DNA of 64,000 nt, from contig CP025734.1 in NCBI GenBank assembly GCA_004011035.1, positions 637,106 through 701,105 on the forward strand. Reading direction: 5' to 3'. Below the pieces are notes generated by a model. The model saw only the letters and a program-made list of their open reading frames with translations. It was not told where the DNA came from and searched no databases. This stretch comes from Bdellovibrio sp. qaytius (GTDB lineage Bacteria; Bdellovibrionota; Bdellovibrionia; Bdellovibrionales; Bdellovibrionaceae). The first letter of the stretch is position 1; each line of letters begins with the position of its first letter. Below, piece by piece: positions 35,966 through 44,498 of the stretch. The position numbers and the translations under genes are program-made.

Positions 35966-36943
35966 CTATAACAAATTATTATTCAAGATCTGCCACATTG
36001 GCTTAGATGAGGGCACCATGTCTTGGACGAAGTACCACCAAAAATAGCCTCCGACAAATCGATCTTGCGAAATATTCATTCGATAATAACGCTGAATCAT
36101 ATCTGTTTTTGCAGCTTGTGACTTGGTCGTGCCCATTTCACCAAAACCGATTTTAGAATTTGGAAACATCTGCGCAAGTTTTGCAAAGACTTGTTGCCAA
36201 TTTGGTCGCAGACCGTTGCAATCATCTTCATAATAACTAACAAGAACGTAATCTAATCCTGACTTCATTCTTGCAGGAACATTGGCATTAGCCCACGTGA
36301 ACATTTCTTCGCTAGGGTATTTCCAGCAATCTTCATTATAGTATAGTGTTAATGCCGTAGTTTTGCCTTTTGATTTAATAAAATCATAAGCGCTTGTCAT
36401 TTTAGTTGCGACGTCAGAAGTGTTACCCAGCCACTCGCCGTTGATTTCGTTACCGATCTCCCAAATGTCAACAGAAGAGCTGAGGGCATTGTAATACTCT
36501 TGTGTGCGCGCCAGGTATTGAGCGGCAGTCACATTTTTTACATAAAAAGAATCAAGGATCTCGCCCATCACATAGCTGACGTTATGGATTTTTTGTATAG
36601 GTGTTGCGTAATAAGATGCAGCCATTCCTTCATCAAAGACAATTCGGGCAGTCGCTTTTTGTGAAAGAGAATTTAGCGAATTTACCACATCATTAATATT
36701 TGCGACTGAATCTACAGTGACCCCGTACATTTTAGCAGTTGGCGTAGGAACTGGATTTGGTGGAGGTGTGGGAGTTGGCTCTGGGGGTTGTGTTGGATCG
36801 TCTGGTGTTGAGCTTGGTGCTTGAGTTCCACTTTCTGTACTTATCGAAGAACCTTTAGAACAAGAAAAAGAAGTGAAAGTTAGAATTAAAATTAATGAAG
36901 CAATTATATTTTTATTTGTTTTAGTTCTGTTTTGCATATTCAT
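35966..36943 (-). CDS. lipoprotein with Pro/Thr linker and putative clan GH-A glycoside hydrolase domain
   Basis: Lipobox SFSC, PTP-rich linker, WEIGNEIN and IGFGEMG, aromatic FWWYF; start trimmed to ATG 36943. Confidence 0.6.
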   Translation of the reverse strand: MNMQNRTKTNKNIIASLILILTFTSFSCSKGSSISTESGTQAPSSTPDDPTQPPEPTPTPPPNPVPTPTAKMYGVTVDSVANINDVVNSLNSLSQKATARIVFDEGMAASYYATPIQKIHNVSYVMGEILDSFYVKNVTAAQYLARTQEYYNALSSSVDIWEIGNEINGEWLGNTSDVATKMTSAYDFIKSKGKTTALTLYYNEDCWKYPSEEMFTWANANVPARMKSGLDYVLVSYYEDDCNGLRPNWQQVFAKLAQMFPNSKIGFGEMGTTKSQAAKTDMIQRYYRMNISQDRFVGGYFWWYFVQDMVPSSKPMWQILNNNLL

Positions 36944-37064
36944 GCGAGGATAGAGAACATGAGTAATGATTAAAACCCTGGCTCGCAGAACTGGAGCCAA
37001 AACTAACCGATGGTCTAGAGGAAAAAAACTCAGATAAATTTAATGCGTCTCATTTTAAAACGCT

Positions 37065-37092
37065 TAAAGGTTTGTTTGGAAAACGTCGATGA
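37065..37092 (+). promoter_or_regulatory. sigma28-like promoter
   Basis: TAAAG-N15-GTCGATGA ending 12 nt before the ATG at 37105; no SD in between. Confidence 0.6.
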
Positions 37093-37104
37093 GCAAACTA
37101 TATT

Positions 37105-37803
37105 ATGGCAAATATTCTTGTAGTCGATGATGACAAAGTTTTATTAAAAGTTCTTGAAGCTACGCTGATCAAGGCAGGGCATTCTGTGCTGACTGTTGAA
37201 GACGGCCGCACTGCGCTTGAAAAACTTGAAACTGAAATCTTTGATATGGTTATTACAGATATTAATATGCCAGGTGGTGTATCAGGTTTTAACTTGATTA
37301 CTATGATTCGCAAAACAGAAAAACTAAAAGATCTTCCGGCTATTTTTCTTTCTGGTCGCCGTGATAAAGCAGATATTATTAAAGCTTTAGATGCGGGTAT
37401 TGACGATTACATTGTTAAACCTTTTGATGGCGATATGCTTTTTGCTAAAATTGAATCGCTTTTAGAGAAAAAAGCCGGTCGTTATAGTTTTACGGATTGT
37501 CCGACCAAAGCCAAAGCTATGCTTCCTGTCGAACTAGATGTGACGGGTATTTCTGAACAGGGGATTACTATTGTTTCTCCGGTACCATTTCCTCTTAATT
37601 TCAAACTCAAGGTCGATTGTGAATTATTCGAAGAAGTTGAATTAGAAAAACCGCTCATGCGTGTTGCTCATTGTTCGGTTAATCCGAATAACTCTAAGAC
37701 TTACACTATTAAAGCTAACTTTATTGGTTTGAATGAAAGTGATCTGCAAAAAGTGCGTCGTTGGGTCATGTCTAACAACCCACGTATTCAAAAGGCGTCG
37801 TAA
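37105..37803 (+). CDS. response regulator (REC) with degenerate PilZ-like output domain
   Basis: ILVVDDD, ITDINMP (phospho-Asp), DDYIVKPF; C-terminal GISEQG without RxxxR. Confidence 0.85.
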   Translation: MANILVVDDDKVLLKVLEATLIKAGHSVLTVEDGRTALEKLETEIFDMVITDINMPGGVSGFNLITMIRKTEKLKDLPAIFLSGRRDKADIIKALDAGIDDYIVKPFDGDMLFAKIESLLEKKAGRYSFTDCPTKAKAMLPVELDVTGISEQGITIVSPVPFPLNFKLKVDCELFEEVELEKPLMRVAHCSVNPNNSKTYTIKANFIGLNESDLQKVRRWVMSNNPRIQKAS

Positions 37804-37817
37804 TAACTTATTTGTCG

Positions 37818-38171
37818 CTATTGAGCGGCTACGATTTGTCTGAGCTCTAAACTAACTTGTTTAAATTCGACATCTAATTTTTGGGCTAGATCTTTAGCTT
37901 GTGAAAGATCTTTAGTTTGCCCCATTTTTTCTAACTGCATACAAATTTGTGAAAGTTGCAAAGCACCCATATTGCCTGAGCTTGATTTTAAACTATGGGC
38001 TTTTTCTTGAACGCCAAGAGCATCGCCTGCTGCGAGTGCCTTGTGAAGATCAGCTATTAAAGCTTCGCTTGTTGAAATGAACACTGTGTGAAGTTCTGCT
38101 AGCAACTCCATGCCACCTAAGGATTTAAGGTTTTCAATTACATCTGCATCAACGCTTTTTGCCTGGCTCAT
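37818..38171 (-). CDS. stand-alone Hpt phosphotransfer protein
   Basis: AHSLKSSSGNMGA motif; start trimmed to MSQAK at 38171. Confidence 0.88.
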   Translation of the reverse strand: MSQAKSVDADVIENLKSLGGMELLAELHTVFISTSEALIADLHKALAAGDALGVQEKAHSLKSSSGNMGALQLSQICMQLEKMGQTKDLSQAKDLAQKLDVEFKQVSLELRQIVAAQ

Positions 38172-38284
38172 AAGGATATTAGAGCTTAAGTCTGAATTAG
38201 CGTCATTATTTATTTTGTTTGAAGCCAAAGGTCTAATATGGAGATTTCTTGAAATTATTGAATTTTTCGTCACAATAATTAGAG

Positions 38285-38998
38285 ATGTCAAAACTAGATG
38301 ATGCAATTGCAAATATAATAGCTAAAACCCCAAGACCACTCTTGGTCTTTATCGTATTAGCAGCAGCATTGGGATTTATTATTTCGCAAAATCCTTTATC
38401 TGATGGTTGCGAAGTTGAAATCACTAACTTCGGTCGTGAAGTGCGTGGAGTTTTGACAGGTTATAAAACAGCAAAAAAAACAATTCAGTATGCTCAGTTA
38501 AATTACGCGAGAGAGCTTTGCAAAGACGGCAATAGCCAAGGCAGTTGCGAAGATTACTTCAAGGCAGTTAAGCGTGTTGCTGATGCTACACGCGTTGTAT
38601 CGCCGAAATGTTTTATTAAATTAAAAGAAGAATATAAAGATCTGACAAATGCGCTGGCGACAGGAATTAAAATTATGGCCTTAGCAGCATGGGGCGAAAA
38701 ACCACCAGAGGGCCTTGGCCAAAGAATGGGTTGGCTCAATGAGGGCGAGATTTATGGTTTTTGCCGTGCTAAAAATGGTTTAGTGCAGTTGACCAGCCTT
38801 GAGGAGTATAAGGCTCTGCGAGCGTCTGTCTATCGTGAATTTCCAGATCGTTGGCCTGATAAGCTGCCAATGGAAAAGCGAGCTGAGATGCCACGCCCGA
38901 GGGCTTTGCAGTCGGTAACCAACGTAACAGGATCTTTAAAAGAGAGCGATGTTTACGAACGAAGTTTGTTTTCGCTTCGTTGTGATTTGTATCAGTAA
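38285..38998 (+). CDS. hypothetical membrane-anchored Cys-rich protein
   Basis: One N-terminal TM segment and 6 Cys in the exported part. Confidence 0.75.
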   Translation: MSKLDDAIANIIAKTPRPLLVFIVLAAALGFIISQNPLSDGCEVEITNFGREVRGVLTGYKTAKKTIQYAQLNYARELCKDGNSQGSCEDYFKAVKRVADATRVVSPKCFIKLKEEYKDLTNALATGIKIMALAAWGEKPPEGLGQRMGWLNEGEIYGFCRAKNGLVQLTSLEEYKALRASVYREFPDRWPDKLPMEKRAEMPRPRALQSVTNVTGSLKESDVYERSLFSLRCDLYQ

Positions 38999-39001
38999 TC
39001 A

Positions 39002-39214
39002 TTATAAACCTGCCACTTGAATAAATTGCCATTGATTGTCGTTTGAGTTTTTTACTTCGCCGATAAAATAAAAATCTTCAGAGTTTAAGCTTTGAATGAC
39101 GAAGCGTGATTTTGTTTTTCTAATTACGCGCCAATCAGTTGGCTGAAGACCGAATTCGCTAAGACCCAATTGAAGACTGACTAATTGTTTGTTTGCCGTT
39201 AAAAATTTTAACAT
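39002..39214 (-). CDS. small hypothetical protein
   Basis: AGGGG RBS before the ATG at 39214 (MLKFLTANK). Confidence 0.6.
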   Translation of the reverse strand: MLKFLTANKQLVSLQLGLSEFGLQPTDWRVIRKTKSRFVIQSLNSEDFYFIGEVKNSNDNQWQFIQVAGL

Positions 39215-39310
39215 ATGTTCCCCTTGTTGCTTTAGGTCTATTGCAAGATAAGGTGACAATCTGAAAACGGTGGGCTTACGATATATTGAAGTTGGCCTTA
39301 GGAGGACTCC

Positions 39311-39751
39311 ATGGTTTCGGAAAAGTTCCAGAAAATAGGATTGTTAAAATTATTAAAGCAGATATTTACATTGGAGTTGTTGGTCTTATTGCTGTGGGTT
39401 CCCTGTGTAATTATTATATTTAAGTTTATTCAAGATAGAAAGATTGCAGGGCTTGTAGCAGGAACGGGTTTTCTGTTTATTCCGTTATTTAATATTTTTA
39501 GAGAGCGTTTGAGTCTTGCGAATTCGTCATCGCGTTTAGCTCGCGTTTTTGCGAGTGGCGTATTTTTTCTTTTATCAGCTATGCCGATATTTTTATTTCG
39601 AATTTTTAATTGGGATAAAAGCTTAGAAGAGATTTCTATCTTTGGCATTTTGTCTGGAAGACAATTGCATAGCCTGTCGAATATTTTATTCGTAGGGATG
39701 ATCCTAGTTTATTTGATTACTAATATCGTAGATGCGAAAAAAGCTAAGTGA
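39311..39751 (+). CDS. hypothetical membrane protein (about 4 TM)
   Basis: AGGAGG RBS and hydrophobic segments. Confidence 0.75.
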   Translation: MVSEKFQKIGLLKLLKQIFTLELLVLLLWVPCVIIIFKFIQDRKIAGLVAGTGFLFIPLFNIFRERLSLANSSSRLARVFASGVFFLLSAMPIFLFRIFNWDKSLEEISIFGILSGRQLHSLSNILFVGMILVYLITNIVDAKKAK

Positions 39752-39795
39752 TTGTTAATCTGGATTGCCTACGGCAATACTTAGCTTTTAGGCGC

Positions 39796-39824
39796 AAAAA
39801 AAACGGCGCCGTTTAAAGCGCCGT
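39796..39824 (-). terminator. terminator for rpsR
   Basis: ACGGCGC/GCGCCGT stem with an 8-A tract on the plus strand (U-tail on the minus strand). Confidence 0.75.
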
Positions 39825-39869
39825 AAGGGATCACAACAACAAGTTGTAACGTCTTATTAGTATATCAGA

Positions 39870-40166
39870 TTAGTACTCAAAAGGAACTGCGCTGATAAGT
39901 TCTGGACGTGAACTTGTATCGTAAGCATCAGTACCATTAGGTAATAAGCCTAGTGTACGAGCCTTTTTAACTGCTCCCGCGACTTTCTTTTGTTGAGAAA
40001 GACTTAGCTTAGAGATACGAGCTGGAGTGATCTTACCCGCATCGGCAATAAAGCGGCTTAATGAAGCTGGGTCTTTATAGTCAAAAACGTGATCGCCAGT
40101 GTATTCTGTGCGGTATTTGTTGCGAACTGATTTGCGGTTTTCTTTACCGTTATTTTCTTTTTCCAT
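39870..40166 (-). CDS. rpsR: 30S ribosomal protein S18 (divergent, Cys-free)
   Basis: FDYKD...SRFIADAGKITPARI...QKKVAGAVKKARTLGLLP. Confidence 0.9.
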   Translation of the reverse strand: MEKENNGKENRKSVRNKYRTEYTGDHVFDYKDPASLSRFIADAGKITPARISKLSLSQQKKVAGAVKKARTLGLLPNGTDAYDTSSRPELISAVPFEY

Positions 40167-40266
40167 TTAAACCTCTTGCCAATTGAAGAATATCTGAATA
40201 TACCAGATATCTCGGTTTTGGAAGTACTATTTGTACTTTATTGTTAGAAAAAATTAGGAGTAATAA

Positions 40267-40560
40267 ATGAGCCGTTGTGAATTATCAGGCAAATCGCCAG
40301 TAGTTAAAAATTTAGTGAGCCACTCGAATATCAAAACTAAATCGACGGCAATGCCAAATGTGCAAAGAAAACGCATATTTAGCAAAACTTTAAACCAAAT
40401 GGTGCGCCTTTATATGGCAACTAGCACTATTAGAGATATGGAACACACAGGTGGTTTCGACAAGTTTATCTTAAGTCAAAACGATGCTGTATTATCTCAA
40501 CGCGCTTTAGATGTTAAAGCTCGTATCCGTCGTAAAATGAACAAAGCTAAAAAAGCGTAA
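40267..40560 (+). CDS. rpmB: 50S ribosomal protein L28
   Basis: MSRCELSGK...NLVSHSNIKTK...PNVQRKR motif. Confidence 0.95.
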   Translation: MSRCELSGKSPVVKNLVSHSNIKTKSTAMPNVQRKRIFSKTLNQMVRLYMATSTIRDMEHTGGFDKFILSQNDAVLSQRALDVKARIRRKMNKAKKA

Positions 40561-40573
40561 TTAGGGACTATAT

Positions 40574-40849
40574 ATGTTAAAATTAAAAATCAAAAAAGGC
40601 GACAAAGTACAAGTTATTGCTGGCGCTGATAAAGGTAAAAAAGGTTCTGTATTAGAAGTTAGCCCAACTGCAATGAAAGTTAAAGTTGAAGGCGTGAAAG
40701 TACAAACTCACTATGACAAAAAAGACGGTCTTCTTAAAAAAGAAGGTTTCATCGATTACTCAAATGTTAAGTTAGTTGAAGCGAAAGCTAAAGCTGCTAA
40801 AGCAACTGAGAAAAAAGCGACTAAAAAAGCTTCTGCTAAAGCGAAGTAA
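40574..40849 (+). CDS. rplX: 50S ribosomal protein L24 with Lys/Ala tail
   Basis: KIKKGDKVQVIAGADKGKKG KOW motif, KVKVEGV and IDYSNVKLV. Confidence 0.93.
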   Translation: MLKLKIKKGDKVQVIAGADKGKKGSVLEVSPTAMKVKVEGVKVQTHYDKKDGLLKKEGFIDYSNVKLVEAKAKAAKATEKKATKKASAKAK

Positions 40850-40908
40850 TTTTAGAGTAGCCGAAGACAACTAGTTTTCGGCTCAGAGAGTGAATAGCTC
40901 TTAATATG

Positions 40909-40940
40909 AAAGGCAATTTGTTGATTCAAATTGCCTTTTG
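40909..40940 (+). terminator. terminator after rplX
   Basis: AAAGGCAATTTG-ttgatt-CAAATTGCCTTT plus T. Confidence 0.7.
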
Positions 40941-41062
40941 TCGTTTAAATCGACCCGGTCTGGGAAGCTCCTTCCCAGACTTGATCTGACAAAGTGTCGG
41001 TAAATGTCCAGTCGGACTTCTGTTTAGTGACCAATCATAAATTTAAATCGAAACTAATCCAT

Positions 41063-41365
41063 ATGCGTCATGCAATAATAACTATCATCTTAGGGTTGGC
41101 TTCAGTTCAAGTTTTAGCCGCAGACAAAAACAATATGTTCGTTTTATGCGAACGTCAGCGAGACATCAGATGGATGCGCGTGTATTCATCCAATGATGGA
41201 AAGTGTAAAACTATTTACTCTAAAGAAGGCTATTCGCAGGTAGTTAGCTCGGCGACCTTTTACACTCAGTGTGAAGCCGTTTTGAATAATATCAAAAAAA
41301 ATGTAGAGGGCGGCGGCTTTAAATGTCGCGAGGCTGTTTTAGCAAACTCTATTGAAATTGAATAA
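41063..41365 (+). CDS. small secreted hypothetical protein
   Basis: Signal peptide MRHAIITIILGLASVQVLA and 4 Cys; start trimmed from 40994. Confidence 0.7.
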   Translation: MRHAIITIILGLASVQVLAADKNNMFVLCERQRDIRWMRVYSSNDGKCKTIYSKEGYSQVVSSATFYTQCEAVLNNIKKNVEGGGFKCREAVLANSIEIE

Positions 41366-41386
41366 GCTATACTATAATCGATAACT

Positions 41387-42223
41387 ATGAAAATTACTCT
41401 GCTTCAGTTAAATTCTTCTGACGATATCTCTAAAAATTTAGAGCGGATTGTTGCTCTTGTTGAATCGCATTTAGCTGCGCAAACTCAAAACCCAACGCAG
41501 AAAAAAACTCGTCTATTTATACTTCCTGAAAATAGTCTTTATTTTAGAATTATTGAAGGTGAGCCTTTAAAAGCTTTAACTTTAGATTCGGCTGAGATTC
41601 AGCAGTTGCAAAGACTAGCTGATTTGCACAAGATAGATCTGCATTTTACGACAGCTATTTCTGATGGTGGTAAAGTTTGGAATGCCTCTGTGCTGGTGAG
41701 CCCGGGTGAGCCTGCTAAAATTATTTATAAAAAAATTCATCTTTTTGATATTCAGCTCGAGGGGCAGAAGGCCATTCGTGAATCTGATTTTTTTACTCAC
41801 GGAGATGAAGTCACTGGCTTTGAAATAGATGGCGTTCGTTTTGGATCGTCGATTTGTTATGACCTTCGCTTTTCTGAACTTTATCAGCAATTAGCTAAAA
41901 ATAAAGTGGATGTGATCTTGGTGCCGGCTGCATTTTTGGTAAAAACTGGGCAGGCTCACTGGGAAACCTTACTAAGAGCGCGCGCTATTGAGTCGCAAGC
42001 CTATGTTTTGGCTTCGGCTCAAGTTGGTGAGCATAAAACCACTCAGGCCGGGAAAGCCGCATCTCGCTTTACTTATGGGCATACTATGGCCATTGATCCT
42101 TGGGGTCAGGTTGTAGAAATAAAAGCTGAAGGTGTGGGCTGTTTAGATATAGAAATCAGTTTAGATCTTGTTCGATCAGTGCGTCGTCAAATTCCTATGA
42201 GCGAACACAGACGTCTTAAGTGA
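41387..42223 (+). CDS. carbon-nitrogen hydrolase (Nit1-like)
   Basis: Glu-Lys-Cys triad in LPEN, YKKIHLFD and ICYDLRF; RARAIESQAY. Confidence 0.92.
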   Translation: MKITLLQLNSSDDISKNLERIVALVESHLAAQTQNPTQKKTRLFILPENSLYFRIIEGEPLKALTLDSAEIQQLQRLADLHKIDLHFTTAISDGGKVWNASVLVSPGEPAKIIYKKIHLFDIQLEGQKAIRESDFFTHGDEVTGFEIDGVRFGSSICYDLRFSELYQQLAKNKVDVILVPAAFLVKTGQAHWETLLRARAIESQAYVLASAQVGEHKTTQAGKAASRFTYGHTMAIDPWGQVVEIKAEGVGCLDIEISLDLVRSVRRQIPMSEHRRLK

Positions 42224-42299
42224 TTTTATTATTTCTTTTTCATTTAGAAATATATAAAATCAGATCAGTTAAAAGAAATTAAAAAATTATGGAGTCACT

Positions 42300-42608
42300 G
42301 TGAAAAAATCTTCGTCGATTTCTAAGAAAAAGCCCGTTATGCGAGCTGTATTGATTTTATGTTTATCTTTGTTTGTTTTCGGTTTGGTGATGACAATTCA
42401 TCAAGCGGTGCAAGCCGCAGAGGGTGATGAAGGCTCGTCAATAAGCAGAGATGTAGCTTCAACTGCTGAAAGTTCTGAACTTTTAGAAATGTACCGTGAA
42501 AAAAAATATAAAGGTGCTCAAGACGAAGAAGAATTAAAAGTTTCAGCTGACTTACAAACTTCAAGTTCAGCTAAGAAAAAATCTCAAGAAGCTGAAGAGG
42601 GATTCTAA
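42300..42608 (+). CDS. hypothetical membrane-anchored/secreted protein
   Basis: GGAG RBS with GTG start, hydrophobic N-terminal segment, abuts ETF-QO. Confidence 0.7.
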   Translation: MKKSSSISKKKPVMRAVLILCLSLFVFGLVMTIHQAVQAAEGDEGSSISRDVASTAESSELLEMYREKKYKGAQDEEELKVSADLQTSSSAKKKSQEAEEGF

Positions 42609-44342
42609 ATGGTACACGATCATTTACCTGAAGGCGTAACAAGAGAAACAATGGACGTTGACGTTCTTATCGTTGGTGGCGGTGCTGCCGGTTTATCTTG
42701 TGCTTACAAAATTGCAACTGATATTGAAAAACATAATCAAGCTGTAGCTGATGGCAAAATCAATGCAGAGCCGATTCCTGAACAAATGATTGTTGTTCTT
42801 GAAAAAGCTACCGAAGTTGGTGCGCACAGTTTTTCTGGTGCGGTTTTAAAACCAACAGCTTTAAAAGAATTAATTCCAAATTATTTAGAGTTGGGTTGCC
42901 CGTTAGATTCTGAAGTTAAAAAAGATGCGGTTTATTATTTAGGTAATTCATCAGCGTTTAAATTACCAGTTGTTCCTCCGCCGTTTCATAATACGGGAAA
43001 TTATATTATTTCACTTTCAAAATTTAATCGTTGGTTAGCTCAGCAATGTGAAGCCAAAGGGATTAACATCTTTCCTGGATTTGCGGCTGTAGAAGCGCTT
43101 TATGAAGGGGATCGTATCGTTGGTGTTCGCACGGGTGATAAAGGCCGTGATAAAGAAGGTAATCCTAAAGCTAACTTTGAACCGGGATTAATTTTAAAAG
43201 CCAAAACAACAATCTTTGCTGAAGGAACTCGTGGAAGTTTATTTAAACAAGTTTCTAAAAAATTAGATCTTCGCGCAGGAAAAAATCCTGAAGTGTTTGA
43301 AGAAGGCGTTAAAGAAGTTATTCAAATGCCTGCAGGCACTGTTGAAGCAGGGCATGTTACGCACACAATGGGTTTTCCATTACATAAATCTATCGGTGGA
43401 ACTTTTATTTACACAATTCCTGGAGATAAAATTATCTTAGGGTTAGTGGCGTACTTAGATACGAAAGATCCATTGCTTGATCCACATAAAGAATTACAAA
43501 AATTAAAAACTCATCCATTTATTGCGAACATGATCAAAGGCGGAAAAGTTGTCGCTTACGGTGGTAAGACGCTTCCTGCGGGTGGTTGGTTCTCGATGCC
43601 GAAACTTTACGGTGATGGTTGGATGGTGTGCGGTGACTCTGCTAGCATGGTCGACGTGCAAAAGTTAAAAGGTATTCACTTAGCGATGAAATCAGGAATG
43701 GCTGCTGCTGAAGCTGCGTTTGCTGCGATTCAATTGCAAGATTCTTCACATGAAGTTTTAAAATCTTATGAAGAGAAAGTTCATGCTTCGTATGTAAAAT
43801 CTGAATTATACCGCGTAAGAAACTTTCACCAGACTTTATCTTTAGGTTTTGTGAAGTCATTGCCGTTGATCGCTTTACAAGAGATCACAGGCGGTCGTGG
43901 TTTAGTGGATAATATGAAATCTCACGAAGATTTTGAGACTACGGCTTCAGTTAAAGAAGTTTGGGGTACAGATGAGGCCTTAACTTCGACGCCTGAAAAT
44001 AAGCTTCCGAAAACGGATGGCGTATTGATGTTTGATAAATTAGGAAGCGTTTACTTAACGGGAACAAGCCACGATGAGGATTCTCCGAATCACTTACTTT
44101 TAGGGGATGCGAGCATCTGCCGTAACGTTTGTGAGCCGAAATATAAGTCTCCGTGCGTACAATTCTGCCCAGCTGCTGTATATGAGATGTTACCTTCAAC
44201 GGTTGAGCCCGGTAAGAAGGATTTACAAATCAATTATACCAACTGTATCCACTGTAAGACTTGTGATATTAAATGCCCCACACAGAACATTGATTGGACA
44301 GTTCCCGAAGGCGGGGGCGGTCCTAAATATACAGAGACATAA
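42609..44342 (+). CDS. electron transfer flavoprotein-ubiquinone oxidoreductase
   Basis: DVLIVGGGAAG FAD motif, GAHSFSGA, C-terminal CPAAVYE...NCIHCKTCDIKCP 4Fe-4S cluster. Confidence 0.95.
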   Translation: MVHDHLPEGVTRETMDVDVLIVGGGAAGLSCAYKIATDIEKHNQAVADGKINAEPIPEQMIVVLEKATEVGAHSFSGAVLKPTALKELIPNYLELGCPLDSEVKKDAVYYLGNSSAFKLPVVPPPFHNTGNYIISLSKFNRWLAQQCEAKGINIFPGFAAVEALYEGDRIVGVRTGDKGRDKEGNPKANFEPGLILKAKTTIFAEGTRGSLFKQVSKKLDLRAGKNPEVFEEGVKEVIQMPAGTVEAGHVTHTMGFPLHKSIGGTFIYTIPGDKIILGLVAYLDTKDPLLDPHKELQKLKTHPFIANMIKGGKVVAYGGKTLPAGGWFSMPKLYGDGWMVCGDSASMVDVQKLKGIHLAMKSGMAAAEAAFAAIQLQDSSHEVLKSYEEKVHASYVKSELYRVRNFHQTLSLGFVKSLPLIALQEITGGRGLVDNMKSHEDFETTASVKEVWGTDEALTSTPENKLPKTDGVLMFDKLGSVYLTGTSHDEDSPNHLLLGDASICRNVCEPKYKSPCVQFCPAAVYEMLPSTVEPGKKDLQINYTNCIHCKTCDIKCPTQNIDWTVPEGGGGPKYTET

Positions 44343-44376
44343 ACCTTTATTTGGAATATATCTTCGGTATAGCAAT

Positions 44377-44400
44377 AAGGCGCTAGGATTAGCGCCTTTT
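44377..44400 (+). terminator. terminator after ETF-QO
   Basis: AAGGCGCTA-ggat-TAGCGCCTT followed by TT. Confidence 0.8.
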
Positions 44401-44498
44401 ATTTTAATAACAAAAGCTTTAACAAGGCGGAACGTGACCTAGCTTCTAGGGCGAACCGACAAGGAAGTTAAAGCTTTTAAGGATAAAGGGAGAACCAG

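Noticed and set aside
39739-39789. Cloverleaf-like structure (11-bp outer stem and two inner hairpins) at the end of the membrane gene
   Set aside because: No tRNA T/D-arm consensus and no CCA; most likely a 3' end or terminator structure.
40167-40266. Zur box between rpsR and rpmB
   Set aside because: The palindromes present do not match Zur consensus sequences known to me.
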